This document shows, in pieces, positions 1 through 10,236 of a stretch of 64,000 nt of DNA. The notes beneath the pieces were generated by a model that saw only the letters and a program-made list of their open reading frames with translations, made no database searches and was not told where the DNA came from. Position numbers and translations under genes: made by a program. How positions within the stretch are numbered: the first letter of the stretch is position 1; every line of letters starts with the position of its first letter. Origin of the DNA: Nitrospirota bacterium (GTDB lineage Bacteria > Nitrospirota > UBA9217); NCBI GenBank assembly GCA_963840455.1, contig CAWIYV010000014.1, positions 480,001-544,000 on the forward strand, given 5' to 3'.

Positions 1-51
1 CAGGCAAAGAAGGACAATGTGGGCGGAGAAGTGCTCTGCCACGTTTGGTAG
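1..51 (+). CDS. rpsH: 30S ribosomal protein S8, 3' end (partial)
   Basis: Frame 1 reads QAKKDNVGGEVLCHVW*, the typical S8 C-terminus, directly upstream of rplF. Confidence 0.9.
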   Translation, partial: QAKKDNVGGEVLCHVW

Positions 52-101
52 GCTTCCTAACAATAAGAATCCGTGTCCTGATACCGAAATGAGGAGCTGT
101 T

Positions 102-653
102 ATGTCGAGGGTTGGCAAGAAACCGATTGAATTACCGTCCGGTGTTGACGCGAAGATCGCGCCCGGCATGATCACCGTCAAGGGGCCGCTGGGCGAGATC
201 AGCCAGGCGGTGAATCCCAAGCTGGAGATCAAAAAGGACAGCAACAAGCTTGTGGTCGCCCGCCAGTCGAACCAGAAGATGTACCGCGAGCTCCACGGCC
301 TGACCCGAAACCTCATCGCGAACATGGTGACCGGTGTCAGCAAGGGATTTGAAAGGACACTGGACATTTCCGGCGTCGGTTTCAAGGCTTCCCTGGCAAA
401 TAAGACGAACCTCATGTTCACGCTGGGCTTCTCCCACCCCGTGCTCTTCCCGCTTCCCAAGGGGATTACGGCGACGGTGGACGCTAAGCAGACCCAGGTG
501 GTGATCAAGGGCATCGACAAGCAGCTGGTCGGCCAGATGGCCGCGAACATCCGGAACCTCAAACAGCCGGAACCGTACAAGGGCAAGGGCATCAAGTACA
601 ATACCGAGGTCATCCAGCGCAAGGAAGGCAAGGCCGGCAAGGGCGGCAAGTAG
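102..653 (+). CDS. rplF: 50S ribosomal protein L6
   Basis: MSRVGKKPI start and PEPYKGKGIKY motif; spc operon order. Confidence 0.98.
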   Translation: MSRVGKKPIELPSGVDAKIAPGMITVKGPLGEISQAVNPKLEIKKDSNKLVVARQSNQKMYRELHGLTRNLIANMVTGVSKGFERTLDISGVGFKASLANKTNLMFTLGFSHPVLFPLPKGITATVDAKQTQVVIKGIDKQLVGQMAANIRNLKQPEPYKGKGIKYNTEVIQRKEGKAGKGGK

Positions 654-712
654 GTCAAATCCGGTTCGCGGGCGGTCAGCATGGCCCGCGGTCATAACAG
701 TGGAGAGGCAAC

Positions 713-1075
713 GTGGCACTGAGCAAAGAAGAAGCGAGACTGAAACGGCATCAGCGGATCCGGAAACGGCTCCAGGGCACGGGCACAAAGCCAAGACTGA
801 CCGTGTATAAGAGTCTGAACCATATCTACGCCCAGCTCGTCGATGACGCGGCAGGGAAGACGATCCTTTCGGCGTCGACCCTGGAGAAGGACATCCGCAC
901 GACCGTCAAGCACGGCGGCAACCTCGAGGCGGCCAAGAAGGTCGGAGCGAGCCTGGCGCAGAAGGCGTTGGGCAAGAAGATCACGGCCGTTGTGTTCGAC
1001 CGCGCCGGGTACCGGTATCACGGCTGCATCAAGGCGCTTGCCGATGCGGCCCGGGAGCAGGGTCTGAAGTTCTAA
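713..1075 (+). CDS. rplR: 50S ribosomal protein L18
   Basis: PRLTVYKSLNHIYAQ and VVFDRAGYRYHG motifs. Confidence 0.98.
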   Translation: MALSKEEARLKRHQRIRKRLQGTGTKPRLTVYKSLNHIYAQLVDDAAGKTILSASTLEKDIRTTVKHGGNLEAAKKVGASLAQKALGKKITAVVFDRAGYRYHGCIKALADAAREQGLKF

Positions 1076-1088
1076 CGCGAAACACTGA

Positions 1089-1610
1089 GTGGAGGCGGCT
1101 TTGGCAGAGAGATATCAGAGAGATGCAGAAGAAGGCGACGGTCTGAAGGACAAACTGGTCTCGCTGAACCGTGTTGCCAAGGTGGTGAAGGGCGGCAAGC
1201 GGTTCAATTTCAGTGCCCTCGTGGTCGTGGGCGACGGGAAGGGCAAGGTGGGCGTCGGCAAGGGGAAGGCAGCCGAAGCACCGGTAGCCATCAAGAAGGC
1301 GGTTGAACGCGCGAAGAAGAACATGATGACCGTTGCCTTGAAGGGTGATACGATCCCCCACCAGGTGTTCGGCCACTACGGCGCAGGCAAGGTCCTCCTC
1401 AAGCCCGCCTCGGAAGGTACGGGTTTGATCGCCGGCGGCGCGAGCCGCGCGGTGCTCGAGGTCGTCGGCGTACGCAATGTGCTCTGCAAGTCATTGGGTT
1501 CCAGCAATCCCCATAACGTGGTGAGCGCGACGATCAAGGGTTTGAGCCAGCTCCGGAGCGCGGAAAGCGTCGCTGCCCTTCGGGGAAAAACGGTAGAGGA
1601 GCTTGGATAA
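1089..1610 (+). CDS. rpsE: 30S ribosomal protein S5
   Basis: [22 protein letters not shown] motif; exact start codon uncertain. Confidence 0.97.
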   Translation: MEAALAERYQRDAEEGDGLKDKLVSLNRVAKVVKGGKRFNFSALVVVGDGKGKVGVGKGKAAEAPVAIKKAVERAKKNMMTVALKGDTIPHQVFGHYGAGKVLLKPASEGTGLIAGGASRAVLEVVGVRNVLCKSLGSSNPHNVVSATIKGLSQLRSAESVAALRGKTVEELG

Positions 1611-1611
1611 T

Positions 1612-1806
1612 ATGTCGTCAGCTGATGCGAAAAAGATAAAGATCACCCTGGTGAAGAGCGCGATCGCGCGCCCGGGAAAACATAAGGCGATCGTTGCCGG
1701 GCTCGGGCTCAGGAAGTTGAATGGGTCGGTCATCCGGCCGGACACCCCGGAGATCCGCGGCATGATCAACAAGATCAGCCACCTCGTGCAGGTAGACAAC
1801 GCGTAA
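1612..1806 (+). CDS. rpmD: 50S ribosomal protein L30
   Basis: [11 protein letters not shown]...LGLRKLN...[16 protein letters not shown]; ATG at 1612. Confidence 0.95.
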   Translation: MSSADAKKIKITLVKSAIARPGKHKAIVAGLGLRKLNGSVIRPDTPEIRGMINKISHLVQVDNA

Positions 1807-1845
1807 CGTCGTTCCCATCCCTATTGGACAGGTCGGATCACTACT

Positions 1846-2280
1846 ATGAGATTAGAAGAGCTCAAACCCTCTCAAGGGTCACGAAAAAAATCGAAGCGGG
1901 TCGGCAGGGGTCCCGGCTCGGGCAGCGGAAAGACCGCATCCAAGGGCCATAAGGGCCAGAAGGCCCGTTCCGGCGGCGTGAAGGGCCCGGGTTTCGAGGG
2001 CGGCCAGATGCCGCTCCAGCGCCGGCTTCCAAAACGCGGCTTTACCAATATCTTTCGCAAGGAATATGCTGTTGTGAACCTTCGCGACCTGGCGGCCCTG
2101 AGCGGCACGATCACTCCGGAAACGATGATGGAGCAGGGGCTGGTGAGGAATCCGAAGGACGGTATCAAGGTCCTTGGTGTCGGTGAGCTCAAGTCGGGGA
2201 TTATCGTACGCGCCCACAAGTTCAGCAAGAGCGCCATGGACAAGATCCAGGCAGCCGGCGGCAAGGCTGAGGTGATCTAG
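1846..2280 (+). CDS. rplO: 50S ribosomal protein L15
   Basis: [13 protein letters not shown]...[10 protein letters not shown]...GFEGGQMPL motifs. Confidence 0.98.
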   Translation: MRLEELKPSQGSRKKSKRVGRGPGSGSGKTASKGHKGQKARSGGVKGPGFEGGQMPLQRRLPKRGFTNIFRKEYAVVNLRDLAALSGTITPETMMEQGLVRNPKDGIKVLGVGELKSGIIVRAHKFSKSAMDKIQAAGGKAEVI

Positions 2281-2283
2281 AAC

Positions 2284-3582
2284 GTGTTCACCGGCCTGCA
2301 GAACATATTCAGGATCCCCGAACTCAGGAAGAGGATCATATTTTCCCTGCTCATGCTCGCTGTATACCGGGTGGGTGCGCATATCCCGACCCCCGGAGTG
2401 CGCGGTGACGCGCTCAGCCAGTATCTCCACCAGGCCGCGTCGGGCCTGATGGGCTTTTTCGACATGTTCTCCGGCGGCGCGCTCTCCAAGGTAACGATCT
2501 TTGCCCTGGGGATCATGCCGTATATCACGGCGTCCATCGTTCTCCAGCTGCTGACGGTCGTTATTCCACGCCTCCAGGCGCTTGCCAAGGAAGGCGAAGC
2601 GGGGCGGAAGAAGATCACCGAGTACACACGCTACGGGACGGTGCTGATCGCGGCGTTCCAGTCATTCTGGATGGCGGTGGGCATCGAGAAGATGGGTGAA
2701 GGCGCTTTCGTGGATTCCGCCGGATGGTCCTTCCGTATCCTGACCATGATCACGCTCACGGCCGGCACGACGTTCATCATGTGGCTCGGCGAGCAGATCA
2801 CCGAGCGCGGCATCGGGAACGGCATCTCGCTCATCATCTTTGCAGGGATCGTTGCAGGTCTCCCGCGTGCCGTAGGGAATACGGTCGGGCTGATGCGCTC
2901 CGGCGAGATCCCCTACTACCTGGTGGCGGTCATCATCGGCCTCGTTGTTGCGGTCATTGCGGCCATCATCATCATGGAGCGCGGACAGCGGAAGATCCCG
3001 GTCCAGTACGCCCAGCGTATGGTCGGCCGCAAGGTCTACAAGGGCCAGAGCACGCACCTGCCGCTCAAGATCAATTCGGCCGGCGTGATCCCGCCGATCT
3101 TCGCGTCCTCCATCCTGCTGTTCCCCGCGACGATCGCAGGGTTCACCCAGGTCGGATGGATCCAGACGATCGCCAAGCAGCTCGCACCGGGACAGATACT
3201 GTACACGGCCGTCTATGTGACGATGATCATTTTCTTCGCCTATTTCTATACGGCGATCGTATTCAACCCGGTGGACATTGCGGACAACCTGAAGAAGTAC
3301 GGCGGGTTCATCCCCGGCATCCGTCCGGGTAAAAAGACCTCGGATTATCTCTACCGCGTGTTGACCCGGATCACGCTGGGCGGAGCGCTCTACCTGGCGG
3401 CCGTGTGCGTGCTGCCGGATATCTTCTACAAGGCATTCAACGTGCCGTTCTATTTTGGAGGGACCTCGCTCCTGATCGTGATCGGTGTTGCACTTGATAC
3501 CGTGTCCCAGGTCGAGTCGCATCTCATCCAGCGGCACTATGGCGGGTTCTTGAAGGGCGTTTCCATCAAGGGGAGACGGTAA
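2284..3582 (+). CDS. secY: Preprotein translocase subunit SecY
   Basis: IFALGIMPYITASI, GIGNGISLIIF and GGFIPGIRPG motifs; multi-pass membrane protein. Confidence 0.98.
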   Translation: MFTGLQNIFRIPELRKRIIFSLLMLAVYRVGAHIPTPGVRGDALSQYLHQAASGLMGFFDMFSGGALSKVTIFALGIMPYITASIVLQLLTVVIPRLQALAKEGEAGRKKITEYTRYGTVLIAAFQSFWMAVGIEKMGEGAFVDSAGWSFRILTMITLTAGTTFIMWLGEQITERGIGNGISLIIFAGIVAGLPRAVGNTVGLMRSGEIPYYLVAVIIGLVVAVIAAIIIMERGQRKIPVQYAQRMVGRKVYKGQSTHLPLKINSAGVIPPIFASSILLFPATIAGFTQVGWIQTIAKQLAPGQILYTAVYVTMIIFFAYFYTAIVFNPVDIADNLKKYGGFIPGIRPGKKTSDYLYRVLTRITLGGALYLAAVCVLPDIFYKAFNVPFYFGGTSLLIVIGVALDTVSQVESHLIQRHYGGFLKGVSIKGRR

Positions 3583-3596
3583 GGACCGATAGCGGC

Positions 3597-4346
3597 ATGG
3601 TCATTCTCAAATCCCTTCAGGAGATCGAGAAGATCCGGAAGGCCGGATTGGTCGTAGCCGATGTCCTCAGGGAAATACGGCAGCTGGTCAGACCGGGCAT
3701 CAGCACGCTGTCGCTGGATGAGTTCGCAGAACAGTTCATCCGCGCTGCAGGGGCAAAGCCGGCGTTCAAAGGATACCGGGGGTATCCGCGGACCGTATGC
3801 ACGTCGGTCAACGAACAGGTGATCCACGGGATACCGTCGAAGGATGTTGTTCTCAAGGCGGGTGACCTCTTAAGCATTGACGTGGGAGCGCTCGTTGACG
3901 GCTTCTACGGTGATGCGGCGGTAACGGTTCCGGTCGGCGCTGTAAGGCCGGAAGCCGAACGCCTGATGCGGGTGACGGAAGAAGCGCTGGCCCTCGGGAT
4001 CGCGGAAGCAAAGCCGGGCAACCGCCTGTTCGATATTTCCTCGGCGATCCAGCGCCATGTTGAGAAGAATGGTTTCTCGGTGGTCCGCGAGTTTGTCGGC
4101 CACGGCATCGGAAGAAGCCTTCATGAGGACCCGCAGGTCCCCAATTTCGGGGAACGCGGGCGTGGCCCGCGGATCCAAAGCGGCATGGTGCTTGCCATTG
4201 AACCGATGGTGAACGCCGGGGGAAGCAAGACGGTCGTACAGGAAGACCAATGGACTGCGGTAACGGCGGATGGAAGTCTTTCCGCGCATTTTGAACATAC
4301 GATCGCCGTGTTGGACGACGGTCCGAAGGTTTTGACGATACGGTAG
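3597..4346 (+). CDS. map: Methionine aminopeptidase type I
   Basis: [31 protein letters not shown] and SAHFEHT motifs. Confidence 0.97.
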   Translation: MVILKSLQEIEKIRKAGLVVADVLREIRQLVRPGISTLSLDEFAEQFIRAAGAKPAFKGYRGYPRTVCTSVNEQVIHGIPSKDVVLKAGDLLSIDVGALVDGFYGDAAVTVPVGAVRPEAERLMRVTEEALALGIAEAKPGNRLFDISSAIQRHVEKNGFSVVREFVGHGIGRSLHEDPQVPNFGERGRGPRIQSGMVLAIEPMVNAGGSKTVVQEDQWTAVTADGSLSAHFEHTIAVLDDGPKVLTIR

Positions 4347-4374
4347 GACGAAGTATTATAGTAATTGGAGGATG

Positions 4375-4593
4375 ATGGCAAAGGAAGATTCCATAGAAGT
4401 GCAGGGCACGGTGCTCGAGACGCTTCCCAATGCCATGTTTCGCGTGGAGATGGAGAACGGCCATAAGATACTTGCCCACATCTCCGGCAAGATGCGGATG
4501 CATTTCATCAAGATACTCCCGGGGGACAAAGTGACGGTGGAATTATCGCCCTATGACCTGACCCGGGGAAGAATAACCTATCGATTCAAATAG
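4375..4593 (+). CDS. infA: Translation initiation factor IF-1
   Basis: [11 protein letters not shown]...LPNAMFRVE...[10 protein letters not shown]. Confidence 0.98.
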   Translation: MAKEDSIEVQGTVLETLPNAMFRVEMENGHKILAHISGKMRMHFIKILPGDKVTVELSPYDLTRGRITYRFK

Positions 4594-4651
4594 TGACGGT
4601 GGCGTTCACGGCGGACCGTGAACATGATCCGGAAGGGAACAGGATAGATCA

Positions 4652-4765
4652 ATGAAAGTACGCTCTTCAGTAAAAAAGATCTGCACGAAATGCAGGGTCA
4701 TTCGCCGCAAGGGCATTGTGCGCGTCATCTGTGAGAATTCGCGCCACAAGCAGCGGCAGGGATAG
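4652..4765 (+). CDS. rpmJ: 50S ribosomal protein L36 (Zn-ribbon form); missing from the ORF track
   Basis: Hand translation [37 protein letters not shown]. Confidence 0.97.
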   Translation: MKVRSSVKKICTKCRVIRRKGIVRVICENSRHKQRQG

Positions 4766-4861
4766 GGAAAGCACTGCCGGGATTCGGATAGCGAAATTCG
4801 AACAGGCAGGGAATGGTGTACTTCGGAATGTTAGTTTCGGATCTGCATTACAGGAGGAACT

Positions 4862-5254
4862 GTGGCACGTATCGCCGGTGTGGACTTACCCAAGGATAAG
4901 AGAATCGAGATCTCGCTGAGATACATTTTCGGCATCGGGCCGACGACCGCCCGCAGGATCCTCACGGAGGCGGGAATCGATCCGGCCACCAAGACCAAGG
5001 ATATCACGGAAGACGCGATCGTCAAGATCCGCGCCATCCTGGACCGGGACTACGTCGTGGAGGGCGACCTCCGGCGCGACATTACCATGAACATCAAGCG
5101 CCTGATGGATACCGGAAGCTATCGCGGCCTCAGGCACCGCAAGGGTTTGCCGACGCGAGGACAGCGGACCAAGACGAACGCCCGTACGCGAAAAGGACCG
5201 AAGAGGTCCGCAATGTCGGGCAGGGGCAAGAAGAAGAGCCTGGCGAAGAAGTAA
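4862..5254 (+). CDS. rpsM: 30S ribosomal protein S13
   Basis: [10 protein letters not shown]...[25 protein letters not shown]. Confidence 0.98.
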   Translation: MARIAGVDLPKDKRIEISLRYIFGIGPTTARRILTEAGIDPATKTKDITEDAIVKIRAILDRDYVVEGDLRRDITMNIKRLMDTGSYRGLRHRKGLPTRGQRTKTNARTRKGPKRSAMSGRGKKKSLAKK

Positions 5255-5321
5255 CGGGCAGGCGTGCCCCGGCAGGGCGATCCCCTGAGCCGGCGGCATT
5301 ATTACATACACGGGAGATCCG

Positions 5322-5696
5322 ATGGCAAAGAAGGGTAAAGAGAGAAAGAACGTGGCGAACGGTATCGCCCACATCCACGCATCGTTCAATAATACGATCG
5401 TAACCATCACGGATACCGCGGGCAACGTCCTGACGTGGTCAAGCTCCGGCAACAAGGGATTCAAGGGGTCCCGGAAGAGCACACCCTTCGCCTCACAGCT
5501 GGCGGCGGAAACGGCAGCGAAAAAGGCGATGGAGCACGGTATGCGGCAGGTCGAGGTCTATGTGAAGGGGCCGGGCACCGGCAGGGAATCGGCCATACGG
5601 GCGATCCAGGCGGCGGGTCTTGAGATCGTTGCGATCAAGGACGTGACACCTATCCCGCACAACGGATGCAGGCCGCCGAAGCGGCGCAGGGTCTAG
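5322..5696 (+). CDS. rpsK: 30S ribosomal protein S11
   Basis: [12 protein letters not shown]...[18 protein letters not shown]. Confidence 0.98.
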   Translation: MAKKGKERKNVANGIAHIHASFNNTIVTITDTAGNVLTWSSSGNKGFKGSRKSTPFASQLAAETAAKKAMEHGMRQVEVYVKGPGTGRESAIRAIQAAGLEIVAIKDVTPIPHNGCRPPKRRRV

Positions 5697-5728
5697 TCAG
5701 GAACAGGCTTTAACAGGAGGAGAAACAC

Positions 5729-6358
5729 GTGGCACGGTATATTGGATCGGTCTGTAAACTCTGTAGAAGGGAAAGCACCAAACTGTTCTTGAAGGCGGAG
5801 CGGTGCTATACTGATAAGTGCGCGATCGTCAGGAGAAGTTATCCGCCTGGACAGCACGGTCAGGGAAGGATCAAGCTCTCGGAATATGCCGTCCAGCTGC
5901 GGGAAAAGCAAAAGATCCGTCGCCTCTACGGTGTCCTGGAAGGGCAGTTCCGGGGCTACTTCGAGAAGGCCGAGCGGATGAAGGGGATCACCGGCGACAA
6001 CCTGCTGCAGCTCCTTGAGCGTCGGCTTGACAACGTGGTGCAGAGGATGGGCTTTGCCGGCTCCAAGAAAGAGGCGAGACAGCTTGTCCGGCACGGCCAC
6101 ATGCTGGTGAACGGCAAGAAGGTGAATATCCCGTCCTTTATCCTGAAGGCAGGGGACGTGGTGGAACTCCGCGAGAAGAGCAGGGGCATTGCGCAGGTCC
6201 AGCAAACACTTGCCGCTGTTGAGAAACGCGGCTTCCCCACCTGGCTGGAGATCGACAAGGTCCAGTTCCGGGGCAAGGTGCTGTCCCTCCCGCCGCGGGA
6301 AGAGGTCACCCTGCCGACGGTGAAGGAACAGCTCGTTGTCGAGCTCTACTCGAAGTAA
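5729..6358 (+). CDS. rpsD: 30S ribosomal protein S4 (Cys-containing form)
   Basis: [15 protein letters not shown]...LERRLDNVV...VVELYSK. Confidence 0.98.
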   Translation: MARYIGSVCKLCRRESTKLFLKAERCYTDKCAIVRRSYPPGQHGQGRIKLSEYAVQLREKQKIRRLYGVLEGQFRGYFEKAERMKGITGDNLLQLLERRLDNVVQRMGFAGSKKEARQLVRHGHMLVNGKKVNIPSFILKAGDVVELREKSRGIAQVQQTLAAVEKRGFPTWLEIDKVQFRGKVLSLPPREEVTLPTVKEQLVVELYSK

Positions 6359-6455
6359 TCTCGATATATAATTCCGTGGCTTCGCTGGATGTGGGGGCAG
6401 TTTCCCGCATCTGCAGCCACGGCGTTCAGTTTTTTCACTCCTATTCGGAGGAACC

Positions 6456-7478
6456 ATGCTGAAAAAAGCCAAAGACTTCCAGATGCCGAAAAAGCTTCAG
6501 TACGACCCGAAGAAGATCACTGACACGTACGGGAAGTTCACGGCGGAGCCTCTGGAACGGGGATTCGGAACCACGCTGGGAAACTCCTTGCGCCGCGTCC
6601 TGTTGTCGTCCCTGGAGGGCTCGGCCATCACGGCCGTGAAGATCGCCGGGGTGCATCACGAGTTTTCCAGCATTCCGGGCGTTGTGGAGGACACGACGGA
6701 TCTGATCCTGAACCTGAAGGAGATCCGTCTCAAGCTGCATACCGACAAGACGAAGACCCTGACCCTCAAGGCCAAAGGCCCGGGCCAGGTCACGGCAAAG
6801 GACATCGAAACGGACGCCGAAGTGGAGATCCTGAACCCGGACCTCCACCTTGCTACGATCGACAAGAACGGCAAGCTGGAGTTCGAAGTGCGCGCCCGCC
6901 GCGGCAGGGGCTATGTTCCTTCGGACAAGAACAAGGAGCCCGGTCAGCCCATCGGTGTCATCCCGATCGACGCGATATTCTCTCCTATCCGCAAGGTGAA
7001 CTTCAAGGTGGAGAACGCCCGTGTCGGGCAGGATACGGACTATGATAAGCTGGTCCTCGATGTGACGACCGACGGGAGCCTCCGCCCCGATGATGCGGTG
7101 GCCCATGCGGCGAAACTTCTGAAGGACCACCTGTCCATATTCATCCATCTGCCTGAGGAAGAGGAAGAGGCCCCCCTCGCGGAAGAGGAGTTGAAAAAGT
7201 CCCCGACGTATAACGAGAACCTCCTCCGGAGCGTCAATGAGCTCGAGCTCTCCGTGCGGGCTGCGAACTGCCTTAAGAACGCCGGGATCGAGACCATCGC
7301 CGAGATGGTCCAGAAGACCGAGAGCGAGATGCTCAAGACCAAGAACTTCGGCCGGAAGTCGCTGAACGAGATCAAGGAGATCCTGAGCGGCATGGGGCTG
7401 GGCCTGGGGATGAAAGTGGATGATAAGATCGTGACCGAAGCCAGGAGGCTCCTGGCAGAGCGGCCCACCGAGGTGTAA
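6456..7478 (+). CDS. rpoA: RNA polymerase subunit alpha
   Basis: [22 protein letters not shown] and alpha-[14 protein letters not shown] motifs. Confidence 0.98.
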   Translation: MLKKAKDFQMPKKLQYDPKKITDTYGKFTAEPLERGFGTTLGNSLRRVLLSSLEGSAITAVKIAGVHHEFSSIPGVVEDTTDLILNLKEIRLKLHTDKTKTLTLKAKGPGQVTAKDIETDAEVEILNPDLHLATIDKNGKLEFEVRARRGRGYVPSDKNKEPGQPIGVIPIDAIFSPIRKVNFKVENARVGQDTDYDKLVLDVTTDGSLRPDDAVAHAAKLLKDHLSIFIHLPEEEEEAPLAEEELKKSPTYNENLLRSVNELELSVRAANCLKNAGIETIAEMVQKTESEMLKTKNFGRKSLNEIKEILSGMGLGLGMKVDDKIVTEARRLLAERPTEV

Positions 7479-7503
7479 ACCTAATTTTGAGAAGGATCGT
7501 ACT

Positions 7504-7908
7504 ATGAGACACGCATGTGCAGGAAGACAATTCGGGAGGAACAGCGGACACCGCAAGGCATTGCTCAAGATGCTGGTGACCGCATTGCTTCGGAATGAAA
7601 AGATCGAGACGACCGTCGCGAAGGCGAAGGAGATCCGGCCGCTGGCGGAGCAGATGATCACGCTCGGCAAACGGGGGGACCTGCATGCACGGCGGCAGGC
7701 CATGAGCTTCATCCAGGACGAGGCAGTGGTCAGGGGATTGTTCGCCGATATTGCCCCCCGGTTTGCGTCCCGGAACGGCGGTTATACCAGGATTGTTCCT
7801 ACACGCCAGCGGATGGGCGATGCCGCTCCCATGGCGGTGATCGAGCTGGTGGAGCGCCAGAAGAAAGAGGCGTCTTCGCCCAAGGCGGAGTCAAAACAGA
7901 AGTCATAG
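7504..7908 (+). CDS. rplQ: 50S ribosomal protein L17
   Basis: MRH...[10 protein letters not shown]...RNGGYTRI...[11 protein letters not shown]. Confidence 0.98.
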   Translation: MRHACAGRQFGRNSGHRKALLKMLVTALLRNEKIETTVAKAKEIRPLAEQMITLGKRGDLHARRQAMSFIQDEAVVRGLFADIAPRFASRNGGYTRIVPTRQRMGDAAPMAVIELVERQKKEASSPKAESKQKS

Positions 7909-7988
7909 ACAGCACGGCGGACCCGCGGTCGTTCGATCACGGCACCGGTGGAAAGCGTCGGACAGTCTAGCAGCGCACGTTCCTGACC

Positions 7989-8022
7989 AAAGGCAAGGGG
8001 AAACTCCCCTTGCCTTTTTTCT
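7989..8022 (+). terminator. Rho-independent terminator of the ribosomal operon
   Basis: aaaggcaagggg-aaact-ccccttgccttt hairpin followed by a T run. Confidence 0.85.
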
Positions 8023-8077
8023 TGCGTTTACAGAGAGTTGCCGTTATTATACTACTTCTAGGTCATTCTCTCTCTTT

Positions 8078-10129
8078 ATGCTGACGGTCATACAGAACAC
8101 TGCCAAGAATATCGCGTCCAGGGTGCGGTCGTTCTCATCGCTTTGGTGGGGCGGCATTGGATGTCGGGTGGCAATCATCATGTCTCTGGCGATTCTGTTC
8201 GTGTCCGTGTTCATCAGCGCCTTTCTCCTGTGGGAGGGTTCCCGGTTCCGGGAGTCTGAGATCCGCGGCAGGTCCCTCTTCATCGGCGGATATTTCTCCG
8301 CTCTTGCCGCCGAAGATATCATCACCGGCGACCGGCGGGAACTGTACCGCAAGCTGACACCGGCCTTTCTTTCGCAGGGCGATGTTTCCCGCGACCTGCT
8401 CTACCTCCGTGTCTACGACCGCCTGGGCCAGTTCCTGACCGGGAGCATGCTGCGCGGCCATAACGAAGACGGCTCCTCCGCCGAGAAGGACCTTGATAGC
8501 GACGTGGTGTCGAGCGTCGAGCCGAGGTTTCAACTCGTGGGGAAGGGCGTGTATGACCTGGTCATGCCGGTCGTCATCGATGACACACGAGTCGGCTTCG
8601 TCAAGGTCGGCATTTCCGGCCAGGGTTTCCAGCAGCAGTTTGGCAATGTGACGAAGAAGGCGATCATCGCCGGCGCGGCGCTTCTGCTCCTCGGGCTGGT
8701 GTTCAGCCAGGTCATCGCGGCCGGCATCACCAGGCCGATCGCGGGTTTGAGCGCCGCGGTCGATGGGCTCGGCAGACAGAACTGGAAAGCGCCAGTCCCT
8801 GTCCGGGGAAGGGACGAACTGAGCCGCCTTGCCAATGCCTTCAACCAGATGGCGCAGACCCTGAAGGAACGGGAGACGAGCCTTTCCCGGGGCAATCGCG
8901 ACCTGTTCATCCTGCACACTGCCGGGCTGGACCTCATGGAGAGCCTGGACCTTGAGGCGCTCCTGGGGAAGATTGCGGCGCGGGCCGAGGACCTGGTAAA
9001 GGCGGACACGACCGCCGTGGCTGCGATGGACCATACCACCCGTGCGCTGCAGTACCTCGGGGTGACCGGCAGCAAGGCGCATCTCCTGAAGGGCCTGGAC
9101 TTGCCTTTCGAGGCAGGGGGAATCTATAACTGGACCGCCAGCTATGGTAGTCCGCTCCTGATACAGGACGCTCAGACGGATTTCCGGCTCGATCCCGGCC
9201 AGATGCGGGCCCTGGGGATCGACTCGCTCATCACCGTTCCGCTCTGGTCATCGAGCACCCTGATGGCCATGATCACGGTGATGAACAAAAGAGGCGGCGA
9301 TGTCTTCGATAACCAGGACCTCCGGCTGTTCACGGTGTTCGCGAACCTGGCGGGGGCTGCCCTGCAGAACGCTTTTCTCTATGCCGATCTGAAGCATAAG
9401 ATCAGCGAACTGAAAAGCACCCAGCAGCAGCTTGTCCATTCAACCAAGATGGCCGCCATCGGCGAGCTTGCAGCGAACGTGGCGCATGAGATCAACAATC
9501 CCCTTACCAGTGTCCTGGGGTACACGAGCCATCTGCTCAAGACGCTCGAGATCCCCGAGGAGTCGCGCCAGAAGCTCCGCATGATGGAGCAGGAGACCTT
9601 GCGGGTCAGAAAGATCATCCGGAACCTTCTGGACTTCTCGCGACAGCGGGCTTCCTTGATGCAGCCCGGCGACGTGGTGCAGCCGCTTCGGGAAACAGTA
9701 TTGCTCCTGCACGGCGCCGCTGAGAGCGCTTCGGTACGCATCATCGAGGAATATCCTGCGTCCCCGGTGACCGTGAACATGGACCACAACGAGATCAAGC
9801 AGGTGTTCATCAATATCATGAGCAATGCCCTCCATGCCATGCGCGAGGGCGGCGAGCTCAGGGTCTGGGTCGATGCGGGTCGTGACGGCGAAACGGCAAT
9901 TATATTCTCCGATACCGGCAACGGCATTCCCCAGGAGCACTTGAAAAAGATCTTCGACCCGTTCTTTTCCACCAAAGGGAACGGTGACGGGACGGGATTG
10001 GGGCTTTCGATCAGCTATCGCATTGTTCAAAACCACGGCGGAAGGATCGAAGTGGAGAGCGAGGTCGGTCGCGGGTCCCGTTTTCGCGTCATCCTGCCGT
10101 CCCATGAGCACAGGGCGGTCAGGGGGTAA
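8078..10129 (+). CDS. Membrane sensor histidine kinase (2 TM, HAMP, GAF, HisKA, HATPase)
   Basis: AHEINNPL H-box, QVFINIMSNA N-box, DTGNGI and GTGLGL G-boxes; HAMP DELSRLANAFNQM. Confidence 0.92.
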   Translation: MLTVIQNTAKNIASRVRSFSSLWWGGIGCRVAIIMSLAILFVSVFISAFLLWEGSRFRESEIRGRSLFIGGYFSALAAEDIITGDRRELYRKLTPAFLSQGDVSRDLLYLRVYDRLGQFLTGSMLRGHNEDGSSAEKDLDSDVVSSVEPRFQLVGKGVYDLVMPVVIDDTRVGFVKVGISGQGFQQQFGNVTKKAIIAGAALLLLGLVFSQVIAAGITRPIAGLSAAVDGLGRQNWKAPVPVRGRDELSRLANAFNQMAQTLKERETSLSRGNRDLFILHTAGLDLMESLDLEALLGKIAARAEDLVKADTTAVAAMDHTTRALQYLGVTGSKAHLLKGLDLPFEAGGIYNWTASYGSPLLIQDAQTDFRLDPGQMRALGIDSLITVPLWSSSTLMAMITVMNKRGGDVFDNQDLRLFTVFANLAGAALQNAFLYADLKHKISELKSTQQQLVHSTKMAAIGELAANVAHEINNPLTSVLGYTSHLLKTLEIPEESRQKLRMMEQETLRVRKIIRNLLDFSRQRASLMQPGDVVQPLRETVLLLHGAAESASVRIIEEYPASPVTVNMDHNEIKQVFINIMSNALHAMREGGELRVWVDAGRDGETAIIFSDTGNGIPQEHLKKIFDPFFSTKGNGDGTGLGLSISYRIVQNHGGRIEVESEVGRGSRFRVILPSHEHRAVRG

Positions 10130-10236
10130 CACGGCTATGCATCAGCGCAACAAGGGAACGAGTGCGAACTGCGGGGCAACCCTGCTCGCCGCGGTCCTGC
10201 TTACCGGCGGCTGTACAAGGAAAAGGAAGGCATTTC

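Noticed and set aside
4716-4919. ORF-track 67-aa ORF between infA and rpsM
   Set aside because: It is out of frame with the real rpmJ (4652-4765) and overlaps rpsM
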